NCBI RefSeq assembly: GCF_006345805.1 | Contig: NC_042997.1 | Coordinates: 78,864,001-78,928,000, forward strand | From: Octopus sinensis | Lineage: Eukaryota | DNA length: 64,000 nucleotides | Direction of reading: 5' to 3' | Shown here: positions 11,505 through 23,919 of the stretch, in pieces | Layout: the number at the start of each line of letters is the position of its first letter | How positions within the stretch are numbered: position 1 is the first letter of the stretch | Position numbers and translations under genes: made by a program | Notes under the pieces: model-generated | Databases searched by the model: none | What the model saw: the letters and a program-made list of their open reading frames with translations, nothing else | Told to the model about the DNA's origin: nothing

Positions 11505-13688
11505 CAGTTACAAATTGCATAACTAACATGGGGGAAAATCATAAGTCCACCTCTATATGTAAACCTTTCCAAAGATAGTCGCACAGCAACATTGGTGGTG
11601 TCTTCTGAGATTTTTCAGTTCTAACCTTTAGTTTAAGCAGTGCATCATATCAGTATCAATGGAGGTATTTTCAACAAATTTGAAGTCTTAAAAATTAAAT
11701 GTTGTTAAATATAAAACACTTGTGACTTGCAGAAAGGCTCTCTGTAGGTTGGACATTCTCAGTTCTATTTATGTTCTTTCATCTATTCTATTTGAACTTC
11801 CTTGCTGATTTTTTTTTTTTTTTACCTCATTACTTAGAAGATAACATAAAGCTACAAGTGAGGAATTGTCAGTTTTTGAGTGAACCTCTGGTGATCTGTG
11901 CAGCTAAAATATCTCTTATATCATTGCAGCTACTAAGTCGCTTCAATGAGGACAAAAAACATTTTGTGCAATCCAGTTCTTTTTTTTTTTTTCCCCTCCC
12001 TTTTTTAATGATGATCAGCTCATTGAAGACTTTAAAATGTTCCTAACTTAGGAAATGATATGGAATCTTTCTTGGATTTAAGCTTTGATAATATTTAACT
12101 TCAAAGAAGATTTTCACTTCAAGATATTTCCTATTATTGTTCATTCAAGTGGTCTCAAATGGTGCAACTGGCCACCTCGGGGGTGGGGGGGGGGTTCAGC
12201 CCCTCTTAGCTTATTGTTTTACCTCGGGTTATAAAGGTGACAGAATCATAGCACAATTAATTCATGACAGTAGCAACTCTTGTTCTTCATAATCACCTCA
12301 CCCATTCCCTATCTCTCAGTCTCCCATACACTGCCCACCCACTCACCTCATCTGAGGGTCCATCCTGACAATTCATCACCACAACTTTTATCTCTATCCC
12401 AGTTAATCCCACCCTTTTTACTATAATGGGAGTAGCCATGAAACTCTTTGACAACAAGAAACCTTTTCTATTTTGGCCCTATCTCACATTTTAACCTTGC
12501 ACCCCATTGCATAAAACTGCTTTCCACTCTATTGTAACCCTTCTCAGTTAAAAAAGATTTTGGTTTTGAAGGCGACATAGTGACCTCACTAGTGCTGGTG
12601 CCAAAAGCAGAAAACACTCAGTTGTAAAGTGATTAGCATTAGGAAGGGCATCCAACTGTAGAAACCATGCCAAAAGCAGACACTTGAACATGATACAGAA
12701 TTTTGGACCTGTCAAACTATCCAATCTATACCAGCATGGAAGATGGTTGTTAAATGATAATGATGAACTTACTTTCTTTATTTCTATTAGGGATACAGTA
12801 TTTCTATTTTTTGGATTAATTAACAATCTATCATAAATGTTTCACTCTCATGAGTACAATTTCTTTTATTACTACTGTAATCACATCCTTCTCAAACAAT
12901 TCATTTCCATAGAATACCCACCTATTTCCGAATTGTATCATACTAGAGAAATAAAGTTTTGTCATAAACATTCACTCCTCTTCTCAAACTCAGTATTTGA
13001 GTGACTTTCTTGTACCATGACTAAAATGCATCTTTCAACTCAGATGCACTTCTTCACCTTTCATACCAGTGATTTTGAATATTAATCAGAAAATAGCTTG
13101 AAGAACAGCTGTCTTTAGAACATCAGCCTGCAAAAATGCTAAGCTGAAATCAAGAGTCTGATTTTGTCACTTCATAACTGATGCAGTTAGCATTATTAAT
13201 GACATGGTTGCATGTTAGAGAGTCTATTCTTCCTCATAATGTGCAACAAGATGGACTTTTACAATTGAGCACTTGATGAGACCATTCAAAAAAATTAAAG
13301 ACCTAGTAATAAGTCCAGTTATAGTTGTTTTACAGAAGTATTCCAGCCATCACCATTCTGTCTTTTCAGTGGTATACAAGAGTGCAGTATCTAATGTGTT
13401 GCTTCCTTTCCAAAAATGTGGATATGATTACTAGAAAATGAGGTTGCTCCTTCTTATAAAACAAATAACCATGTAGAGGTTTCTTTGATGAAAATAGAAT
13501 CACCTTCAGTATATTATTGATACTGATTAATTAGCCTAACATATGAAAGATAAAGTCACCTTCAACAGAATTTCAGTATGGATTGTAGACAAATGTCTTA
13601 ATACCATAAACTTTTAATTTTAGTATATTGCTGCACTAGTTTTTGTAAAATACTGTGACAATTTTAGCTTGGGTTTTTTTCATAGAAG

Positions 13689-16360
13689 CTACATAAAAGC
13701 TAGGTATTTCTCCTGCAGTTGTTGAACAAGAAATATGGCATCAGTGGTGCTTCTACCTGGCACAAAACTGAACTGCATCTCATCTAAGCAGACTCTCTCC
13801 CTAATGAGATGGGTTATGACCCTCTCTGTGACCTTCATCACCTGATCCAGCAGTTTGATACCCCTGTAGTTATTTCTATCAAAAGCATCACCTTTACCTT
13901 TGTAGCATTTGACTATGGTACTGCTACGCCAGTCATTGGATATGACTCGATTATGAACTACCTGGTTTACAATGCAGGTGACTAGGCCATAGCCCACATT
14001 ACCAGATGTTTTAAGCATCTCAGTGGTGATTCCTGATGGACCAGGGGCTTTTCCTGGCTTCATACCCTTAATTGCTTTATCTACTAGGGAGCTCTCTATA
14101 GGGATAGCTGGTCCCTCTACTGGGTCAACATTTGGCAGGCTCTCCTCCTCCCATTCATTCTCCACATTCAGCAGTCTTTCATAATGGCTTCTCCAAGCCT
14201 CTTTCTTTTCAGAATCATTAAAAGCAAGTGCACCATCATCCATGCGGACACATTTCTTTCCTGTGACATCACAATTTTCTTTCACACACTATCTTGCAAT
14301 CTGAAATATTTCAGGTCATTGGTCCTCGCATGGCTGAACATTGGCAAACTTCTTTTCTGCTTCTCCCTGTCTAATTATAACTGTTGCCCAGCCTCCCTTC
14401 TGGCTGTCTAGTACAGTTCCCTGCTGCACCCACCCTTCGAAGCTTTCCAGGCCTGTTTCTTTGCTTTAATGGCTTTGTCTACTGTACTATTCCATCACCA
14501 TGTAACATCTAGGTCTAGAAGGGACTTTGCACCATCCGCAGACTTGGTCTGTGGCACTCAGCAAGCTGTCCTGTAGGAATTTCCAGCTAGCTTCTATGTC
14601 CGATGTCTGGAGCTCCTCCCTCTCATCAAATTTCTAGATAAGGATGTCTCTAAATCTCTTACCATGTGAAGGGTTCTTTAGCTTCCAAATCCTTTTTTGG
14701 ATTGGTATCCTTCTGGCCTCAAGCCTAAAGTCACTAATGACTAGCTTATGCTAGTGGCGGCAGTATATTCTTCACCCAGGAGGGTCTTTGTATTTAAGAG
14801 CAGCCCTGCATCCTGCTGTCTCGTGAGGATGAAATCAATCTGGCTAGCAGAGTCCCCTGATTGATAGGTTATAAGGTGGCTGTCTGGCTTCCTAAAGATA
14901 GTGTTGCAGATTAAAAGGTTACATGCATCACAGAACTCCAATAACCTAGTTCCCTCATCGTTTTGGGTGTCAATACTATAGCCACCATGTACCCCAGTGA
15001 AGATACCAGATTCCCGCCCAACATGCCCATTAAAGTCTCCAGCCACAAAGATGAGGTCATTGCCACTCATCTTTGAGGTAACCTGTAGACAGGTATCATA
15101 AAAGTGGTCCTTCTAATCATTTGGTAACCCTGCATGTGGAGCGTAGGCGGAGATAATTGTAGCTGTGCTGTTCTGCAGGACTAGCACTCTATCGCATACC
15201 CTAACAACCCTTGTGACCTTATCTACCCATTTCTCCGCAAGGAGTATGCATACACCTCCTACACCATCCATGTTACCTTGCCAGAAGACTTTATATCTAT
15301 GTGCCTTGCCTGTGAGGACCCTAGCTGAAGCTCCTCTCCATCTTACTTCTTGTATGCAGCATACATCAACCCGCCACCTTTCAAGCATCTCTACAATCTC
15401 AGTAGACCTACCTTTCAGTGTGCCAACTCTGAAAACTGGGAGGGAATGTGGGATGAGGGATGTTATTCAGCACCTGAAAAGAAGAGGGTTGTTGTGGTGT
15501 TCGTTTTTTAGGCATGCTTCATCTGTTCTCTCTTCCGACCTGACAACACACAAGCATTCAAGCATGTTAAGATTGTTGCCCCTACTGGAGGTAGGAGCTG
15601 GTGTTAGCAGCGTTGTAAGCATAAGCATTATGGTCATCGAATGATGTAGATTTAAGCAGTGTTGCAGAAATATGGATATTCCAATGTTCAATGTTAGGTT
15701 AACTGGTTGCATTTGTCAAAGTAGAGGACGATTGCAGGTATAATGGAAGGTGCCACAAGAGGGAAAGGAAACAAACTCATTCCTACATACACACAAGCAC
15801 ACATGGACAGCCAAATAGCTTTCTCCTACACTTCATAAGGCCAAGGAAAATTCCTGGGTAGTTGTTGGCATGTTTCTAGACAGATGAAAATTAAACGAAA
15901 GATAGCCAGTAAAGTGGGTGGGCAGATAACCTGGTTGCGTTTGTCCAGTAGAGAGATAGAGAAAGAGAGAGTGCAGGTAATATAGGGAACAGCACCAGGG
16001 AGGAAGGAGAATTGGGAGAAGAGATAACTGGTAGGGGTGGTGACAAATTTCTAGACAGAACGAAACGTAAGATAGCCGGTTAAGTGGGTGGGTTGATAAG
16101 CAGCGGGGCTGGCTGCATTTGTCCTAGGAGAGAGAAGTCCAGGTAATATATGGGGAACAGCCCAGTGAGAAGGAGGGGTTGGGAGAATAGACACAGGTAA
16201 TGGTGGTGTGAGAAGGGATATCCGGTGTAGATGGTGGAAAGATAGAGATATCCGGTATTGGTGGAGGGGGCAGGAAAGGGTGGGCACACCTTAAACAAGC
16301 AAAGTTTATTTTGGGGACAGAGGGACAAAAATATGGTAATAAGAATGAGAAACAAGTAAT
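13689..16360 (-). mobile_element. RTE LINE with 5' UTR, AP-endonuclease and N-terminal half of RT; 3' end missing
   Basis: ORFs 15113-15388 (VDVCCIQEVRW) and 14741-15070 (AGDFNGHVG, SQIDFIL) are APE motifs; 13689-14285 is RT. The 15700-16360 segment is homologous to 63540-64000 and 51830-52340. The 5' terminal segment is re-iterated at 16590-16735. Confidence 0.9.
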
Positions 16361-16795
16361 TATCTTAACGAAATTACATGAGAGATAAAATTAAAATTAT
16401 ATTTTGAGGAGACATTTTCAATGGTTAACTCATGAAAACAAGCTGTTAGTACATTTAAAGTTTAATGGCGAACGAAGTACAAGCAATGGGAAAAAAATAA
16501 GAAAAATCTTAGCTTCTCAACATCGTTTAGTGAAGGAATGAATGGAACCACATGAGATGGGAGTTTTTAGACACATAAACTGCAACCGGAAGCAAGTTTA
16601 GTTTGGGGACAGAGGGACGAAAATAATGGTAATAAGACGAACAAGCAACAAGCAAAGTTTAATTTCAGGAAAGAAGAACAAAAATATGGTAATAAGAATG
16701 AGAATTAAACAGACCGAGAAGGAGAAACAATTATATATGATATATATATATATATATGTGTGTGTAATATATTTATATAATATATGTAAGATATA

Positions 16796-16882
<87 letters not shown>

Positions 16883-17002
16883 TATATATATATATATAAT
16901 ATATATAATAAATATATAATATACATAATAAATATATATAATATACATAATAAATATAACATAGACATATAATACATATATATATATGTATTTATATATA
17001 TA

Positions 17003-17386
17003 TCTTTATATATAAAAGTGAAGTTGTGTGTCTGTCTCCTACGATTTAGATTCCTAACTACTCCCACATTTTGCGGTGCAGTGTAACCAAAAGCGGGTAT
17101 CTTATAGTTGTGATTCATATCGAGCCCTTCTAGGTATTAGCAGGAGTCTACGATTTAAAAAAAAATTTACCATCATTTTTTCTCATTTTTAATGCATTTT
17201 TTTGCTATTATATAAGGGAAGTAACTCTCTAAAAATGTATTATTAAATCTCAGAACGTAAAAAGCTACAGTAACACTCTCCTTTGTGGTTAGCCAAATTG
17301 AGGTGGCTATTATACTTTACATCTCTAAAAATGCTTATATAGTTATTTCCCTTACAAACCCGAGCAACGCCGGGCGATACTGCTAG
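17003..17386 (+). mobile_element. Non-autonomous Helitron
   Basis: 5' A|TC at 17003; subterminal hairpin CCCG-AGCAACGC-CGGG (17359-17374); 3' CTAG|T at 17383-17386; inserted at an A/T site without a TSD. Confidence 0.8.
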
Positions 17387-17449
17387 TTTAATATATATCT
17401 ATAACCTATATACATATATATATGATATATGTATATATAATATACATAG

Positions 17450-17493
<44 letters not shown>

Positions 17494-17742
17494 TATGTAT
17501 ATATATATATGTGTATATATATGTATTTAATATATATATATATGTATGCATATATATAATATAATATAAAATGAGATAGGGGTTGAAAATTCAACCCACC
17601 ATGGGATTGTATTATTGTATTAATGAGTATATATATATATGTGTAGTATTATGGGTGTCTATACACACGTTTTTATATTTTATATTTTTATATTTATATG
17701 TATATAAAAAAAAAATTTTTTCACACTTATAATAAATTAAAT

Positions 17743-17853
17743 TCTCTGAAGAGGCCGTGGGGCATCCTTGTTAATGTCTCATTTATACCTGCCTTATATG
17801 GCTTATAGATTAAATGAGGCATGCTTGCCCTTACTGCCGAAACAGCTGTCAGA
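17743..17853 (+). ncRNA. Type I hammerhead ribozyme motif with long structured stem II
   Basis: TCT-CTGAAGA-GGC...GCC-GAAA-CAGCTG-TC-AGA; palindromic stem III ACAGCTGT; GUC triplet ending at 17850; inner helix CTCATTTA/TAAATGAG (17778-17785/17811-17818). Confidence 0.8.
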
Positions 17854-19039
17854 TATGATATAATTACATATTATATTTTATATTTTATATTTCTATTTCC
17901 TTGTCTAATTATATTTACAGTATATTTTGTATAATGCCTTTACTGTTATGTAATGGTGTAATAAAATATTGATTGGGTATCATCTGATGGTTGATGTTTG
18001 ATTGATTTAAGTATGTTTCTCCATTTTCTAATTTTGTAGTATAATATAATATATATATACTATATATATAATATATATATGTATATATATAATATATATA
18101 TATCCATAATATATACTTTCACCTCTCACTTCAAAACAAATGTTGCTTTTTCACTTTATCCTCTCTTTCAAATTCTGCTTTCTTTAAAGAATAAAGAAAT
18201 TAAAAGAATTTTATGGAAATTAACGAACAATCATATGATCCCAAATATGTCAAGTTGACAACTTTACTTCTTCAAACGAAAGAATGCCATAAAATAACTT
18301 CTTTGACACACATACACACACTCTAAGTAAAATTTCTGTGTTATTTCTTGCAGTGTGCATGAGCAAATTTAAAGCTCACATCAAACTGAAATGATCATTT
18401 TCTATTGTGTACTTTGTGTTTGTGATGAGGGTATTTAAAAACCTAATTTTTGACATAAACTTAAAAGAAAGTTTCCACAGAAACTTTACCTCTTTTTTCT
18501 AGCATCTCCAAGGTGATGTTTCTGCTCCCTCGCCTTATTTTTTTCCTAAATTTCTTCTAGTTCCTATGTTTGAGATACAGGACAGTAGGATTTCACCCAC
18601 AAAACACGTTCTCAATATTTTAATTTTCTCCCTCTCCACAGCAAATTCATTTATTACTTTTCTCAAATATTTTTTCTTGGTAATCCATGCTCTATAGTCT
18701 TAGATTTTAATATACAAACATTTGATAAACAAGCCTATAAATCAAAACCAACCCCAAAATCAGTGACAGGTTTCTTTTTTCCTGATATCTTAGTAGCTTC
18801 TAAGCTGAAGTGAAAGCAGCATAGACTTTGTCTGTCTTTGAGGATTTAAGTAAAATTATACAATGTGTTTGACTGACTAAATTAGTTCTATTTATTTATT
18901 TATGCAGCTGAGGATAGCTCTGCATTTAAACTGATGTAATGATTGCATTGTTCAATTAAATGGAGTTGTTTGAAATGGTCGTAATGCATCACCTCTGGAT
19001 ATCCTGTTGCTTATTTTGATTTTATTATATATATATATA

Positions 19040-21183
19040 TCATCATCATCATCGTTTAACGTCCGTTTTCCGCGCTAGCACGGGTTGGATGGTTCGACCG
19101 GGGTCTGGGAAGGCAGGAAGCTGCACCAGGCTCCAGTCTGATCTGGCAGTGTTTCTACAGCTGGATGCCCTTCCTAATGCCAACAACTCTGTGAGTGTAG
19201 TGGGTGCTTTTTACGTGCCACCGGCACAGGTGCCAGGGGAGCCTGGTAGCAACCATGATCGGTTGGTGCTTTTAACATGCCACCGGCACAGAAGCCAGTT
19301 GAGGAGGCGCTGGCATCGTGCTTTTTATGTGCCACCGGCACAGGTATCACAACTACTATTTCCATTGATATTTATTTCGATGTTCATGTACTTGACTCAA
19401 TTGGTTTCCTCAAGCACAGCGGGTTGTTCTGAAATCCAAGGTACTTTGAATGGGCAGGGGCTATGCGGAACTGGTGCAGGAAGCAGCCCGGGTCTTTGTA
19501 GTCAAAGCATATCTCCAGAGATCTCGGTCCTTCATCATTGCCTCCGTGAGGCCCAACGCTCTGAGGTCATGCTTGACTACCTCATCCAATGTCTTCCTGG
19601 GTCTACCTCTCCCCCTGATACCTTCAACTGTTTGGGAGCAGCACTTCTTGACACATCTCTCCTCATCCATCTGCAGTGCATGACCATACCATCGCAAGCA
19701 TCGCTCTTGCACACCACATCTGATGCTTCTTATGTCCAGCATTTCTCTCAGGGTGCTTACACTCTGCCGTGCGCGCACACTGACATTACACATCCAGCGG
19801 ATCATGTTAGCTTTATTTATTTCAAGTCTACGCATGTCCTCTGCAGTTACAGCCCATGTTTCACTACCGTGAAGCATGGCAGTTTGCACACATGCATCAT
19901 ACCATCTACCTTTCACTCTGAGCGAGAGACCCTTTGTCGCCAGTAGGAGTAGGAGCTTTCTAAACTTTGCCCAGGCTATTCGTATTCTAGTGGTAACACT
20001 CTCTGAGCATCCACCTCCACTACTAACTTGGTCACCCAGGTAGCGGAAACTATCAACTACTTCTAGTTTCTTCCCCTGGAGTGTGATGGAATCTGTTTTC
20101 TGAGTATCTGTGGTGTCTATTGTCCCTGTGCATCTGCCGCACATGAAAGCTATCTTGTCAGTTAATTTCCCTTTGATGTTGCTGCACCTCTCCTACAGAT
20201 CAAGCAGGGCCACCTGCCTGAGGGGGTGTGTGCTGAGTTTGCCTTTCTGCTTACTATAACTTTGGTCTTTGCTACATTTACTCTAAGGCCCTTTGATTCT
20301 AACCCTTGCTTCCACACTCGAAATTTCTTTTCTAGTTCCGGTAGTGATTCTGCTATGAGAGCCAGGTCATCAGCATAGAGGAGCTCCAAGGGGAAACCTG
20401 TTTTGAATTCCTCTGTTATTGCCTGGAGGACTATGATGAATAAAAGGGAACTGAGGGCTGAACTTTGGTGTACACCTACTTCTACCCGATATTCTTCACT
20501 ATATTCGTTGCCAATCCTAACCTTGCTGACAGCCTCTCTGTATAGGGACTGTACAGCCCTTATTAGCCATTCGTCAATCTCCAGTTTCCGCATCGACCAC
20601 CAGATAAGGGATCGGGGGACCCTGTCAAAGGCTTTCTCCAAGTCCACAAAAGCTATGTAGAGGGGTTTATCTTTAGCTAGGTACTTCTGCAGTTGTCGGA
20701 CCAGGAATATAGCATTAGTAGTGCTTCTACCCGGCACAAAACTGAACTGCATCTCATCTAAGCAAATTCTCTCCCTAATGAGATGGGTTATGACCCTCTC
20801 TGTGACCTTCATCACCTGATCCAACAGTTTAATACCCCTGTAGTTATTTCTGTCTAGAGCATCACCTTTACCCTTGTAGCAGTTGACTATGGTGCTGCTA
20901 CGCCAGTCATTGGGTATGACTCCATTATGAACTACCTGGTTTACAATGCGGGTGACTAGGCCATAGCCCACACAACCAGCTGTCTTAAGTATCTCAGCAG
21001 TGATTCCTGATGGGCCGGGGGCTTTACCTGGTTTCATGCCCTTAATTAAATTTACTATAAGGGAGCTGTCTATTCGGATAGCTGGTCCCTCTACTGGGTC
21101 AACATTTGGCAGGCTCTCCTCCTCCCATTCATTCTCCACATTCAGCAGTCTTTCATAATGGCTTCTCCAAGCCTCTTTCTTTT

Positions 21184-21184
<1 letters not shown>
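19040..21184 (-). mobile_element. 5'-truncated RTE LINE (RT plus C-terminus plus 3' UTR with (TGA)n tail)
   Basis: 342-aa ORF with AFVDLEKAFDRV and LLYADDLAL, then a 227-aa C-terminal ORF; tail (TCA)n on + at 19040; flanked by (TA)n on both sides; ~55-bp internal deletion near 20190 relative to 61050-61145. Confidence 0.95.
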
Positions 21185-21225
<41 letters not shown>

Positions 21226-21289
21226 TAATGTATATATATATAAATATAAATATATATATACATATAAATATATATAAATATATTTACAA

Positions 21290-21370
<81 letters not shown>

Positions 21371-21379
21371 AATATATTA

Positions 21380-21720
21380 CAGAGATGTACTTGCATAGCA
21401 AGTGACCTGATCTGATATCATGTGCTGGAACGAAAATAACTGAAATGTGGAAGGTGTTTAAGTCATTTAAGAAACACACAAACACCGTTAGATTCACTTC
21501 AACATTTAAATTCAATTTGCCAAATTATTTTCGTCGCTCTGAGACCACTTTGAGACCATGCTGCATCAGATGCAGCACGGAATTTTGTCAGTGAACAGGT
21601 CGCCGTCTCAAAGCGACGAAAATATTTTTGAAAATTAAATTTGAATGTTGAAGTGAATCTAATTGTTTTTGTGTGTTTCTTAAATGGCTTATAAACACCT
21701 TCTATGCTGCAATTGTTTTA
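21380..21720. repeat. Head-to-head inverted pair of a ~180-bp repeat unit (Penelope pLTR-like)
   Basis: About 90-bp inverted arms (21450-21539 and 21612-21702) around the central palindrome TGCTGCATC-A-GATGCAGCA (21559-21577). Confidence 0.8.
21583..21634 (+). ncRNA. Hammerhead-like motif with a G3/C8 swapped core
   Basis: TTTTGTCA-GTGAACA-G-GTCGC(N9)GCGAC-GAAA-ATATT-TT-TGAAAA; perfect 5-bp stem II closed by G10.1-C11.1; the other invariant core nucleotides are present. Confidence 0.6.
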
Positions 21721-21953
21721 TATAAATATATATATATATATACAAATATATATATAAACACATATAAATATATATATATGTATATATATGTGTGTATATA
21801 TATATATATATATAGATACATATATATATATATATATTTATATACAAATATATATATAAACACATATATAAATATATATATATGTATATATGTGTGTATA
21901 TATATATATATACAATATATATATAAACACATATAAATATATATATATGTATA

Positions 21954-22006
<53 letters not shown>

Positions 22007-22329
22007 ATATATATTTAAAAATAGGATAAGATCTTTATAAGAATTTATCAAGTAGTTAGCGTGAAAAACCTCATAAGAAAAAATCCATCAATTTTTTTTC
22101 TTAAATATATTTATTTATATTATATTGAGGCATTACTATATATAAATAATACATGCTAGGAGAGATTCTTAAAGTCAAAACTACCAAAATAAATAAATAC
22201 ATAGTATTGAATGTGACAGAATGCAGAATTCAGCTGCAAATCACAAGATTTCATAATTAGTGCAGAAATGCACATTTTAATCTTTAGTGTAAGCATAATT
22301 CAAGTTTTATAACGAATGAACAAAAATAT

Positions 22330-23900
22330 AGATGTGTGCATGTAGTGTTTACATGTATGTGTATGTGTGTGTGTGTGAGTGTTGGTTATGGTTGCTAGAA
22401 TCGTATTGCAAGTGTATATATGTATGTGTTTTTTCTTGGAATGTGTGTGGGCTTGTGCTCGAGTGTGGGAGGTTTGCATTGTATTTGTGCGTGTGTGTTT
22501 GTGTACATCTGTATGTGTTTCTGTGTTTGTTGTGGGTGTGTACCTGGGGGTATGTTAGGGTATGTTGAGTCGTGGTCTGTATTTTTGAATAAAATTATTT
22601 TCCCCTATCTATTTGTGTTTGGTCAGTGGTGTTGTCTGGGCATTGGTATAGTGGGAAAACTAGGAATTTGGAGGACTAGTTTTGTGCACAGAGATCTAAG
22701 CGACCACTAACTGGTATCTCTCTTGTGGTGGGGTCCCTCAATTGTTGATGGTGGACTGTCATCCTTTCTCTGAGGATAAGACTTGTTTGCCCTATGTAAT
22801 CTTTGTGGCACCTTTCACACCTTATGGCATAAAGTAAATTCTTTGATGCACAACTGAAGTTATTTTTTACGACAAAAATGTGTCCTGGTTGGAATTTGTA
22901 TATTGTTCCTTCAATGAGGTGTATGCAAGTCCTGCAGTTAGATCGACCACATTTTTTGATGGTGGGTGTTGGGCTTGCATTGAGTAATTTTGCATTGATG
23001 AATAGGGTTTTTAGGGATTTGTGTTGTCTTTTGCTTTTTATTATTTTATGGGTTTCGAGTGCTTTTTTAGATGTGGGTCTTGACTCAGTAGTGGGATGTT
23101 CTTGTATATAATTGTGTAAACTTCAGGTTACACATGCACAAACACAATATCCCCACGCTCGAGCACAAACCCACACACATTATAAGAAAAAACATACATA
23201 TATATATACACTGGCAATATGATTCTAGCAACATAACCAACACTCACACGTACACACACATGTAAACACGTATATGTACACACACATGTAAACACGTATA
23301 TGTACACACCTACACACACCACCGTGAAAATTACAATTCACACTCACGTACATACCTACACATACACTGATGCACAAGCACACAAATACTACACAAACCA
23401 CATACACACGCATATATGCAGACATATACGCGCACACACACACATATATACACACAATACAATGCCAACGATCACAACAAACGCTTACAAACACACAGAT
23501 ATACACACACACATACACACAAGTATGCACACACACACAATAATACACATCGCCCTGACAAATACAAGACACATAGACACACTTGCACAAACACACCCAC
23601 ACGTATATACAACACTGCACTAACAATACAAACAAAACAAAACACTCACAAATACAGCACACACACACATGTGCACACACACCCAGAAACTACATAAACC
23701 ATACCCACATATACACACACAAACGCATACTCAGTACAAACATGCACAGAATGTACATGCACTCACATACCACCTGGATAAATGCAACATGCACAGACAC
23801 ACACTCAACCCCTAATAAATACAACACACACACACATAGGCACCCACACATACCAACCCACACATACATACACACCCTCACACACACACACACAGAAAGA
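22330..23900. repeat. GT-rich and CA-rich low-complexity arms flanking the PLE fragment in inverted orientation
   Basis: About 22345-22500 is the reverse complement of about 23130-23290 (shared GAGTGTTGGTTATG..TTGCTAGAATC and GTGCTCGAG). Confidence 0.75.
22575..23127 (-). mobile_element. Penelope-like element fragment: Cys-rich linker plus GIY-YIG endonuclease
   Basis: Manual translation KKCGRSNCRTCIHLIEG...NNFSCASKNLLYAIRCERCHKDYIGQTSLILRERMTVHHQQ; not called in the ORF track because of stops and frameshifts. Confidence 0.8.
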
Positions 23901-23919
23901 AAGGCCAGCACACTGTCAA

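Noticed and set aside
13000-13560. Possible decayed mariner transposase
   Set aside because: Only vague motif resemblance, and no TIRs were identified.
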